DNA from: Candidatus Multivoradales bacterium
Lineage (GTDB): Bacteria; Acidobacteriota; Thermoanaerobaculia; Multivoradales; JAHEKO01
Assembly (NCBI GenBank): GCA_965223855.1
Contig: CBDCXM010000008.1
Span: 672,001-736,000 of the forward strand
Direction of reading: 5' to 3'
Length of the DNA: 64,000 nt
The position numbers and the translations under genes are program-made. Under the pieces are notes generated by a model that ran no database searches, had not been told where the DNA came from, and saw only the letters and a program-made list of their open reading frames with translations. Within the stretch, counting starts at the first letter, position 1; each line of letters starts with the position of its first letter. Of the stretch, positions 46,436-55,377 are shown in pieces.

Positions 46436-48538
46436 CTAGTGCGTCACGAGGACGAGCGCGCCGTCCACATTCTCCAAGGCGCTCAGAACAGTCTCGGCGG
46501 TTGCCGGATCGAGGCCCGAGAGACTCTCGTCGAGAACGAGAAGTCTCGGGCCCTGCAACAGACCCCTCGCAACAAAGACTCTCGATCTTTCGCCATGAGA
46601 CAGACGCCACCCAGACTCGCCAACCAACTGATGGATACCTGCGGGCATGCGATCCAACAAGTCCCCGAGGCCCAGACTTCTGCAGACACGCTCCGCCTGC
46701 CGCAGATCAAAGACCGATGCTGGCCACCGCCCGCCGATCAGGAGGTTGTAGGCAAGGGATCCGGTCAGTAGGTGGTTCCTGTGGAACTGCGGCACAAGTG
46801 CCACGGTCCTGCGTCGAACCGCCGGCGGCATCGACCTGACCTCGAACCCGGAGGCTACGACGGTACCCTCCTCAGGAACGAGGTTCCCAGCGAGCGCTGA
46901 GACCAGGGTCGACTTTCCCGAGCCCGATTCTCCGGACAGTAGGATGCGTTCGCCTTTCTCGATGACAATGGAGCAGTCTCTGAGCACTGCTCGCGATCCG
47001 AACCGATGTGAGATGCCGTGTGCTCTCAGCACCGGCCTTTCCTGACTCTCGCTCAACCTCGACAGGTGTGGCCGGGCCTCCGACCTTGCGAATCCCGAGG
47101 CGATCGACTGCCACGAGGCAGCAGCCCTGGACAGGTCTTCGACCCCGCGAACCAACTTCCACAGTGCCCGGTAGACGAACAGAATTCCACCCACCGTAGC
47201 GGCGATGACAAGGCCGTCGCGATTGGCTCCATAATCGGCGACCGACAGTAGAAGTGCCAAGGCCAGCCAGGCTCGCGGAATGACTGACTTGAGCCGCACT
47301 TCGGACCTATCGAGACGGTCAGTCTTTCGGGTCAGTCTCGCCAGCCGATGGTCCTCTTCGAGATGATGGCAAGACTCGTCTTCTTGAACTCTTCGCGTCG
47401 TCGACCCGACCACCTTCTCCACAGCGTCCTTTGCAACAAGGGCATGACTCCTCGTCCACTCCAACCTCGTCTTGAAGGCCTCTCGACCGCTCAAGACGAC
47501 CGAACACACCGCCACACCAAGAAGAAAAAGGTGGAGACCTGGCGTGAGGCCGAAGGCGAGGAGCCCCGCTCCCAACGCCACCTCGAGCAGAGCGATGAGA
47601 CCGATGTGGGCGCCGCCAAGGGCGTATGTCTCGAGAGACTCCGCCTCGAACAAGGCACCTAGAGCGCGGCCGAGGCCCATCGACTCCTTCGCGTCCTCAG
47701 GCTCTGAGAGAGCAGAGTCCAGCAGACGCTGTCTCACCACGCGCCCCACTGTCACCGTGGCAGTGGCCAGCAGCGAAACTTCGGCAGCCCGGAATGGCGT
47801 CACGCTGCCGAGGAGTAGAGCCCAGAGCACCACCCACGCCGGCGATGAACGGTCCGCAAGGACAACTCCGGCAAGAATCCACCAGGAAGAGAGCAACAGA
47901 ACATGCTGGAGAAGGTGCGCCGACAGCAACTTGCTCACGGTTCCGACAAAACCAGCCGCCTTGAGTTTCTGCCAAGGCGATGCAGAGCTGACAGTGCCTA
48001 CAGACCAGACCCCAGCGCTCCCCCGAGGTAACTCACTCCAGGAGGCGTAGCTCATTCGCACCCGGTCGCGGCCCTTCTTCGACAGGCCACTTCTCTCCAG
48101 GACTCCAAGCAAAGTGGCCAGTCCCTGTGCCGACCTCTCAGGCAGCAGCTCCGAGATCACCTCCGCGATGTCCATCCAGCGCCGCTCGCCGGTGGGAGTC
48201 ACTGCGAGGAATCGATGTCGCCTTCGCTCAACCACCAGCAGGAAGGACAGCTCACCATCAGTCTCGCAAACGAGAAGAGCCGGGTGTTCCCCAGGTTCGG
48301 GTAGGTCTTCCGCGGAAGCTATTAGCCAGTGCTTGCCGGTCGTGAGACCGAGGTCTCGCAGTTGGCTCTCGAGCCACTCGCCCACCTCGGCCATGGAGAC
48401 GGGGCCACTCTCGAGCGCCGGTCCCTCAGACTCCCAACCGGCGAGAAAGACCGCTAGCGCCTCCTTGAGTCGGCTTGCCGGCCATTTCTGGCTCAAGGGC
48501 CGTCCAGACGACCCTCTCGGATCTCCAAGTGTCGCCAC
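46436..48538 (-). CDS. ABC transporter TM+ATPase subunit (partner of the peptidase-containing subunit)
   Basis: GESGSGKS, LSHGE, LLVLDE; TM domain; no C39 catalytic motif recognised. Confidence 0.85.
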   Translation of the reverse strand: MATLGDPRGSSGRPLSQKWPASRLKEALAVFLAGWESEGPALESGPVSMAEVGEWLESQLRDLGLTTGKHWLIASAEDLPEPGEHPALLVCETDGELSFLLVVERRRHRFLAVTPTGERRWMDIAEVISELLPERSAQGLATLLGVLERSGLSKKGRDRVRMSYASWSELPRGSAGVWSVGTVSSASPWQKLKAAGFVGTVSKLLSAHLLQHVLLLSSWWILAGVVLADRSSPAWVVLWALLLGSVTPFRAAEVSLLATATVTVGRVVRQRLLDSALSEPEDAKESMGLGRALGALFEAESLETYALGGAHIGLIALLEVALGAGLLAFGLTPGLHLFLLGVAVCSVVLSGREAFKTRLEWTRSHALVAKDAVEKVVGSTTRRVQEDESCHHLEEDHRLARLTRKTDRLDRSEVRLKSVIPRAWLALALLLSVADYGANRDGLVIAATVGGILFVYRALWKLVRGVEDLSRAAASWQSIASGFARSEARPHLSRLSESQERPVLRAHGISHRFGSRAVLRDCSIVIEKGERILLSGESGSGKSTLVSALAGNLVPEEGTVVASGFEVRSMPPAVRRRTVALVPQFHRNHLLTGSLAYNLLIGGRWPASVFDLRQAERVCRSLGLGDLLDRMPAGIHQLVGESGWRLSHGERSRVFVARGLLQGPRLLVLDESLSGLDPATAETVLSALENVDGALVLVTH

Positions 48539-51081
48539 GCTCCGCCACGACCGAGGTTCCCTCGCGCGACGTCACGAGAAGGGGCAGCTTCCAACCTGTC
48601 GATGACGCCCGCCCGCGTGATGGCACCGTGCTCGAGAAGAACGAACCGGTCGAACAGCTTCGCCTCTTCCCTGTCGTGAGTTACGCATACGATCGTGGCT
48701 GCTCGCCATGCCTCGAGGCAAGCGCGCAGGAGTTCGTTTCGCCTTCGAAGGTCAAGACCTCGGAAGGCCTCGTCGAACAGAACGAGATCAGGCCTGGGGT
48801 GCAGGAGGCCGCGACCGAGCCGTAGCCGCTGCCCCTCTCCCCCGGAGAGCCACTCGCCTCGCTCGCCCGCTCGCCTCTCCAGTCCTCCGCCACGACCTGC
48901 AACCGAGTCCAACAAGTCGGCGGTGCACAGTGCTCGAACGAGGCCGACACCAGCCTGAGCGAATCCGTATCGCAAGTTGCGCAGCAGGCTCTGATCCCAG
49001 ATCTCCACGTCAGGCGCAACCCAAACCGTTCTGTGGTGGCTCGACTCGTCCGGAGAAGGCGGTCGGCCGTCGATCCTCACTCTTCCGCCGGTGGGTTGAC
49101 TCAGTCCCAGCAGAATCCTGATCAAGCTTGACTTGCCGGCACCCGAAGGTCCCAGAAGCGCGACGTGCTCACCGGGAGCAACATCGAGGCTGACACCCCT
49201 CAGCACGTCAACCCCACCGAGAGTCAGCTCTACTGAGTCGAGTTCGATCGTGGGAGCCCCTTGCTTGGGCCTGCGCGAATCAGTCCGGCTCCTGGCGGGC
49301 TCCCTCTGCCCAAGAAGCTCGAGTATGCGATGCGCTTGAAGTTCCAACGAGGGATAGTCACCGGACAGGATCACACCGAGGATGTGTCCGTGCATGAAGA
49401 TGGACAAACCCCAGTAGGCGAGGAGCAGCGCCTGGCTGGACGCACCTCGGGCTGAGAGGTGAGTAACAACGAGAGCCATGATGCATCCGAGTACGACGAC
49501 GTGCATCGTGGTCTCCAACAGCGACACTGCCGCTGTCTTCTGGCGAACCCGCTCTCCCCAGCGTCGAAGAGCTCTCTCATGCTCCCCTCGCACGGTAGCG
49601 CTCGCCCCATGTGCCTCGATCGCATGGCGACCGACAAGAGCGTCGAAGTAGATCCGCGCAAGGCTCTGTCTGGATGACTGCACCCGCCGTTCACGGTCCC
49701 GGACGCGCGGCAACGCGAGCACGGGCAAGCCGAGTCCCGCCACCACTGCGCCAGTAACCGCGGCCAGCCCCCCCGGCTCGATCATGGCCACTCCGAAGGC
49801 CGCCACCACAAGTTCGATGCTCGAGCGGAGACCAGCGTCGAAGAACATCGGCACCCCCCGAAGGCGGAAGAGGGTTGCGAATCGCTCGGAAAGGTCGGAG
49901 GGAAGGCGCGTGCTGAAGAACTCGGGCTGGAGACGTGGAAGCTGCCGGAACAAGGCCAACCTGAGGCGAACCTCGAACTCCGTGGCCCAGCTCAGCAACG
50001 CCTTCGCCTGGTGATACTCCAGGAGTCCGACGACACACAAGAAGGCGCTGAGCATCCCGGCGAAGAAGGCTCGGGCGCCCGGACTCTCGAGGGGGAGGTC
50101 GATGAGACTGCGGAAGAGCAGCGGCTCCAAGGCTGCGCAAACGGCGAGCAGGCAGGCGCCGGAAGCCGCCAGCCATGGCCAACGACACCCCTCAACTGAA
50201 TGCTGAAAGAGCTCAGACCAGACCGAGGGGCGATGGTGAGAATCAGCCCGGGGATGCGTGCCGGCGGTTCGTGCGTCAAGGGGGTGACCGGTCAGCCCTC
50301 GGGGAGCGACGTGGAGCACAACGGCTCCTCTCAGTACCAGGTCATCGGGAGACGCCGCCGGCCTGACCTGGAAGAGTTCCGGGGGCACGGCCTGGGGGCA
50401 AGCTCGCTCCTTCATGAACTCCTCGAAGAGGCGCGAAGCCCTCCACCCAGGAGGCAGTACTCCGTCTGACCGAAGCCTCTCGATCAGGCGTAGGACCGCC
50501 TCGACCTCGGCGGCCTCTCGCCAATCTCTCTGCCGGACCTCGGTCCATCTCGCTTCGAAGGCTCGCCAAGGCACACCAAGCTCCTCGCACCGAGTCCTCA
50601 GCGGATCAAGAAAATCCTCGGAGCCCACCCAGTCGAGCCAATCCCTGATCAAAACCTCTTGAGAGTGGACATAGAGTTCGTCTCTCAAGGTCCGAGCAGT
50701 CGTCCAGCGTCTTCCCCAGGCAGGATCCATGACCTGAAATCGCCCTAGGTGACATCTCCACAGAACCACGAAGTGAGTTGCCTCGTCCGGTGTCCTGGTC
50801 ACTACGATGCAGGGCAGGAAGAGATCCGGCCGCGCCAAGAGGTGCTCGATGGGCACGACCCTCTGCTCTGCGCGGAAACCGAGCGAGGTCAGGAGGTCCT
50901 CGAGCATGTCGATCGAGGTACCGTCGAGCCCCACCCCTGAACGCGCTCTGAGTTCCTCGTAGTTGGCCGACAGACCGAATCCCCTGACCAACGCCTGCAA
51001 GGCGGCAGGGCCACAGTCCATCGCTGAGGCCTGGAGTACCGTCGGAACGATCAGCCTGCGCCGGTCACGAACTCTAGCCAA
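48493..51081 (-). CDS. Peptidase C39-containing ABC transporter (PCAT)
   Basis: LQASAMDCGPAAL, HFVVL, MDPAWG (Cys-His-Asp); GPSGAGKS, LSGGE, LFDE. Confidence 0.92.
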   Translation of the reverse strand: MARVRDRRRLIVPTVLQASAMDCGPAALQALVRGFGLSANYEELRARSGVGLDGTSIDMLEDLLTSLGFRAEQRVVPIEHLLARPDLFLPCIVVTRTPDEATHFVVLWRCHLGRFQVMDPAWGRRWTTARTLRDELYVHSQEVLIRDWLDWVGSEDFLDPLRTRCEELGVPWRAFEARWTEVRQRDWREAAEVEAVLRLIERLRSDGVLPPGWRASRLFEEFMKERACPQAVPPELFQVRPAASPDDLVLRGAVVLHVAPRGLTGHPLDARTAGTHPRADSHHRPSVWSELFQHSVEGCRWPWLAASGACLLAVCAALEPLLFRSLIDLPLESPGARAFFAGMLSAFLCVVGLLEYHQAKALLSWATEFEVRLRLALFRQLPRLQPEFFSTRLPSDLSERFATLFRLRGVPMFFDAGLRSSIELVVAAFGVAMIEPGGLAAVTGAVVAGLGLPVLALPRVRDRERRVQSSRQSLARIYFDALVGRHAIEAHGASATVRGEHERALRRWGERVRQKTAAVSLLETTMHVVVLGCIMALVVTHLSARGASSQALLLAYWGLSIFMHGHILGVILSGDYPSLELQAHRILELLGQREPARSRTDSRRPKQGAPTIELDSVELTLGGVDVLRGVSLDVAPGEHVALLGPSGAGKSSLIRILLGLSQPTGGRVRIDGRPPSPDESSHHRTVWVAPDVEIWDQSLLRNLRYGFAQAGVGLVRALCTADLLDSVAGRGGGLERRAGERGEWLSGGEGQRLRLGRGLLHPRPDLVLFDEAFRGLDLRRRNELLRACLEAWRAATIVCVTHDREEAKLFDRFVLLEHGAITRAGVIDRLEAAPSRDVARGNLGRGGAWRHLEIREGRLDGP

Positions 51082-52216
51082 GAGCCGCTCTAGCCTTTTC
51101 GACCTGCCGTATTGCGACCTGAAGAGGAGTCACTCGATCTACCTCGATGTCCACCAGACACGGCAGGCCCGCCTCCAACGGAGCGTCTCCATCATCCAGC
51201 AAACGAAGTACCACCTGAACGAGTCCCTCTACTTCCTCGCTACCGACACTCGCCACCTCGGCCGGCATTCTGCGGCGTCCGTTCACAGCATGCTCCAGCC
51301 GAACTACGGCCGGCTGACCAGCTCTGACACGACCTACCGCTCCAGGCGGGGCCAACCTCGCTCGCACGACCAGCGGGCCTTCGGGAAGCAAGCTCGCCAG
51401 TCGCTCACCCTTCGAGACGAGTCCACCGACCTCGGTCTCCGTGACACTCGCCACGACACCGGAGCGAGGAGACCGCACTCTCAGGTCCCGGACCGTGCGC
51501 TCCGCCAGAGACACGGCTTCCTCAGCCGCCTGCAAGGCGGCCTCCAGGACGACCATCTCCGACTCGATCTGCTCGAGTGCGGAAGCTTCATCCAGAGCGA
51601 TCCGCTCTCCAGACCGAGTTCCTCCTGTCAGGACCTCCCTCGCAGCCGCCAGGGCACTCTTCCTCGTGACGACCTCGCTGCGAAGCGCATCGACTACCGC
51701 AGCGCTCACGATCCCCTCCTCGTGGAGGCCCTGTTCCCGATCGAGCTCTGCCTCGGCACGCCTCAGAGCCTCGGCCGACGTGTCTCTCGCAGCAGCCAAC
51801 TGGCGCAACAGTGCAGCCTGCTCGGCCGCGCTCACCGACAGTCTCGCGACGGCCAGGGCGCGGGCCCGGTCTCGCTGGCGCAGCTCGGCCCTTACCGACG
51901 TGAGCGTGGCACGTGCCTGAGCAAGGATCAGGTCCTGCGACGGGCTCTCCAGAACGGCGACCAGCTCGCCCGGACCTAGCCGGTCGCCCGGAGCCACCTC
52001 GAGGCTGGAAAGAGCGCTCTCCATTCGGGCCGAGATCTGCAGAAAGCCAACCTCGGACTCGACACGCGCAACCTCCGAAGTTACATAGACAGGCACGGAA
52101 GCCACCGCAAACCAGACCAACCAGCCCAAGATCAGACTCGAGGGCACGATCACGTTGCTGGCTCGCCTGCGACACAGATCCACCAGGACCGCAAGAGTTC
52201 TCGGAAAAACCGCCAT
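51074..52216 (-). CDS. HlyD-family membrane fusion protein
   Basis: N-terminal TM; lipoyl half-motifs VAPGDRL/VRSPRSGVV flanking a coiled coil. Confidence 0.88.
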   Translation of the reverse strand: MAVFPRTLAVLVDLCRRRASNVIVPSSLILGWLVWFAVASVPVYVTSEVARVESEVGFLQISARMESALSSLEVAPGDRLGPGELVAVLESPSQDLILAQARATLTSVRAELRQRDRARALAVARLSVSAAEQAALLRQLAAARDTSAEALRRAEAELDREQGLHEEGIVSAAVVDALRSEVVTRKSALAAAREVLTGGTRSGERIALDEASALEQIESEMVVLEAALQAAEEAVSLAERTVRDLRVRSPRSGVVASVTETEVGGLVSKGERLASLLPEGPLVVRARLAPPGAVGRVRAGQPAVVRLEHAVNGRRRMPAEVASVGSEEVEGLVQVVLRLLDDGDAPLEAGLPCLVDIEVDRVTPLQVAIRQVEKARAALG

Positions 52217-52316
52217 GAGGGTCCGACCGCTGCTCAACTTGCTCACTGTCTCAAGGTCAGGTTCAAACCAAGGAGTTCGAAGACCCCGCCAGGTCACAAG
52301 GCCGAGAAGCGACCCT

Positions 52317-52344
52317 CACCGCCAGGCGCTACTTATCTGGCTCA
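52317..52344 (-). promoter_or_regulatory. Partial motif match TGAGCC-N17-CGGTG before the exporter operon
   Basis: Upstream element and spacing match; only CG is conserved in the downstream element. Confidence 0.4.
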
Positions 52345-52666
52345 CTCGGCTTCCTGCCGCTCCACTCCGCTAGGGTCTCGAATCGTCGGCGACGCAGATC
52401 CCAATCGGCCCAGCATGCATCTCATCTGGCGCAGCATGGAACTCAACCAACGGCAGCCGCGCGTTCTCGATAGGAGGAACGCGTCTTTCGGTGAAGATCA
52501 AGCTCACACCACGGCAACGACCGAGGCCGGCCACAGCAGGCCGTACGGTGTTGGCCACAAGCAGGCTCATACTCAGAAGGTATGAACTCATACTTTTCAA
52601 GGTCTTGGCGTATCGACCTGGTGCGCCTACACTGCCCTTCCCCCGATCGACCTGCGTCGGCTCAAG

Positions 52667-53278
52667 ATGACTGCTCAAGCCTCTTCAAATCAATCCACCG
52701 TCAACACGGAGTCGGAAGGCACCGTCACCCTCCTCCTTGGCGCCTGGTCGCGAAGAGAGCCGGGAGCGCTCGACGATCTGTTCTCACACGTGTTCTCCCG
52801 CCTGCAGCGCATAGCGACCGGGCATCTAAGAAACGAAGGTCTGGGCCAAGGAATGGAGGCTCGAGACCTCGTGAACGAGTCGTACCTCAAGGTCGTCCGC
52901 CAAGGCCCGGTCGCTTGGCGCAACCGAGCCCACTTCTACACCATCGTCTCGATGATCATGCGGAGAATTCTGGTGGACCACGCGCGGAAGCGCCACGCAG
53001 AGAAGCGGGGAGGAGGCTGGCAGCGGGTACCACTCGATCAGGCCTGCCAAGCTCTCGAGGGCGACAGGGCCAGCCTTGTCGACATCGATCGGGCTCTGAA
53101 GAAGCTCTCGGTCACGGACCCCGAACTAGCGCGCGTGGTCAATCTCAGGGTCTTTGGTGGCTTTTCTGTCGAAGAGACAGCGAAGATCCTTGGCTGCTCC
53201 CGAGCCACACTCGGGAGGAGGTGGCGTCTCGCAAAGGACAGCCTGGCAGATGCACTCGGAAGAAGACAGACCGACTGA
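52667..53278 (+). CDS. ECF sigma factor, TIGR02999-like, with atypical region 2.2 (EARD)
   Basis: VTLLLGAW, WRNRAHF, RRILVDHARKRHAEKRGG, LRVFGGFS. Confidence 0.88.
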   Translation: MTAQASSNQSTVNTESEGTVTLLLGAWSRREPGALDDLFSHVFSRLQRIATGHLRNEGLGQGMEARDLVNESYLKVVRQGPVAWRNRAHFYTIVSMIMRRILVDHARKRHAEKRGGGWQRVPLDQACQALEGDRASLVDIDRALKKLSVTDPELARVVNLRVFGGFSVEETAKILGCSRATLGRRWRLAKDSLADALGRRQTD

Positions 53279-54266
53279 TCTGGCTCTCGAATCAGTTCTC
53301 GACAGTCTACTCAGATGCCCCGCCAACGAGCGGGAAGCGGAGCTTCAGGCCTGCAACCTGGGAGCTGGCGGACAGGACTATCTCCGACTCCTGACGACCT
53401 CGTCCGAGGTCGCAATGCAACGCGTCTCTGCGCAGTTGTCTCCTCGCTCGGTCCCAGCAGAAGTAGCCGGCTACGCCATCGGCCGAAGACTGGGTGGTGG
53501 CGGCCTGGCGACCGTCTATGAGGCCGAGGCGCCGGGGAAGCTTCCGAGGGTCGTGGCAGTCAAGGTCATGAGGCCTTCGCTCCCGTCACACCTGGCCGAG
53601 CGGTTGCTCCGCCATGAGGCATTCGTCCTCCGCCATCTTGCACATCGATCGATACCTCGCTTCTACGGCCGGGAGAAATCCGGACAAGGCTCATGCTCGC
53701 TGCTGATGCAACACATCGACGGCACGCCACTGCTCGAGGTCTGCAGGAGTCAAACCCCGTCCCTTGATCAACGGATTGGCCTGGTGCGGCAGCTTTGCGA
53801 TGTTGTTCAGCACGTCCACGATGCCGGTTTCGTTCACTGCGACGTCAAACCCGAGAACATTCTGATCTCAGAGGCGGGTCGCCCCTATCTGGTCGATTTC
53901 GGGTCAGCACGCAAGACACGTCAGAGCCCAGCACTCCCTGTCACCGCGACACCTGGCTACGCATCTCCGGAACTTCTTCGGCACCAGCCGGTAGGACCCC
54001 AAGCCGACGTGTACGGCCTGGGCTCTCTACTTCACAGTCTGTGCTTTCCCCTAGCTCTCGACCGTCCCGCCTGCTTGCTGCGTAGCCAAGATGGGGATCG
54101 GGATCCGGACAACCAAAAGATCTCTCTAGTCACTGAGCTCTCTCGCATTGTTCGCCGGACCCTGCGACTCCGGCCGGAGGATCGGTACTCCAGCGCCGCC
54201 GAACTGGCTGAGGACTTGGACGAACTCGAGAGGCTAGGATGTCCCGCGAGTTCAGGCACTCGGTAG
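53250..54266 (+). CDS. Hanks-type Ser/Thr kinase, catalytic domain only
   Basis: GGGGLATVY, VAVK, HCDVKPEN, DFG, TPGYASPE; no TM or TPR region. Confidence 0.8.
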   Translation: MHSEEDRPTDLALESVLDSLLRCPANEREAELQACNLGAGGQDYLRLLTTSSEVAMQRVSAQLSPRSVPAEVAGYAIGRRLGGGGLATVYEAEAPGKLPRVVAVKVMRPSLPSHLAERLLRHEAFVLRHLAHRSIPRFYGREKSGQGSCSLLMQHIDGTPLLEVCRSQTPSLDQRIGLVRQLCDVVQHVHDAGFVHCDVKPENILISEAGRPYLVDFGSARKTRQSPALPVTATPGYASPELLRHQPVGPQADVYGLGSLLHSLCFPLALDRPACLLRSQDGDRDPDNQKISLVTELSRIVRRTLRLRPEDRYSSAAELAEDLDELERLGCPASSGTR

Positions 54267-55145
54267 GCCGCGCTCTACCACCTCGGCAAATCTCATTGCG
54301 GCCATCGTTGCATCGGGTCGCCGTAGAAGAAACGTCCTACCGATTGGGGGATCACGGGCGATCTGGGCGAACCGGGCTCCAGGACACGCCACAGTAGAGA
54401 ACGAGGTCGGCACGAAAGTAACGCCAAATCCCGCAGCAACCAACGGAACCATGCTCAGCCAGCTCTGAGCCTCCTGCACAATGCGAGGGGAGAAACCATG
54501 AGTACGGCAGCTCCCGATCAACAGATCGTACTCGCCAGGTGAGGCGTGACGAGGGAACATCACGAACGGCTCGTCGGCCAGTCCTTTCCACCTAACGGTC
54601 GACTTCGCCAGTGGATGCGCATCAGGTAGTACGCACACGTACTCCTCCCGTGCCACTTCCCTCAGTACCAGTTCGTCCAACCTGCCGGAAGGTTGACGCA
54701 GGAAGCCGATGTCGGCTGAGCCGGAAGTCACTTCGTCCAGCACAGAACTCGACTGGACATCGTGAAGAACGACCTCGACCTCGGGAAAAGCCGCCCGAAA
54801 GCTCGCGACCGAAGCAGGCAGGGAAGTCAACATGAATGAAGGCGACATCGCGACGACGACCACTCCCGACTCACCAGCAGCCGCCGACCGGACACTCTTG
54901 ATGGCCCCATCGAACCTCGAGACGACATCGCGCGCCAGTGGCAGCAGCAAACGTCCGCAGCTCGTCAGAGCCACCTTCGGTCGGCGTTCGAGCAGGACAC
55001 AGTCCAAAGCCTCTTCGAGACTCCGTATCTGTTGGCTTAGCGGGGGCTGCTGTATTCCGATTCGCTCTGCAGCGCGCCCGAAATGGGCCTCCTCCGCGAC
55101 GGCAATGAAGTAGCGAAGGTGGCGCAACTCGATCCTCATGACCAA
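54252..55145 (-). CDS. LysR-family transcriptional regulator
   Basis: ELRHLRYFIAVAEE.HFGRAAE...QPPLSQQIRSLEE. Confidence 0.92.
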   Translation of the reverse strand: MVMRIELRHLRYFIAVAEEAHFGRAAERIGIQQPPLSQQIRSLEEALDCVLLERRPKVALTSCGRLLLPLARDVVSRFDGAIKSVRSAAAGESGVVVVAMSPSFMLTSLPASVASFRAAFPEVEVVLHDVQSSSVLDEVTSGSADIGFLRQPSGRLDELVLREVAREEYVCVLPDAHPLAKSTVRWKGLADEPFVMFPRHASPGEYDLLIGSCRTHGFSPRIVQEAQSWLSMVPLVAAGFGVTFVPTSFSTVACPGARFAQIARDPPIGRTFLLRRPDATMAAMRFAEVVERGLPSA

Positions 55146-55377
55146 AGCCTAGCAGCCGAGTGCCGGGGCCACAGATCCTCCGGTGCCTGCCCGGCAGGCC
55201 CGATCTCAGCTCGTGGTCGGTGGACCGCCAAGGAGGGTCGGCAACAACCCAAGGCAGTTGCTCGGAGCAAGGAGGACGTCGCGAAGATTCGAGTTCTCCG
55301 TGATCGAACGGAGGGCCCGAGAGTCATCATCACGACGCGAGCGCGAGCGCTGTCGGCGCCGCCGCAGACCCCTCCCT

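Noticed and set aside
50963-51979. 338-aa plus-strand ORF and similar long antisense ORFs
   Set aside because: Shadows of well-supported opposite-strand genes in GC-rich DNA
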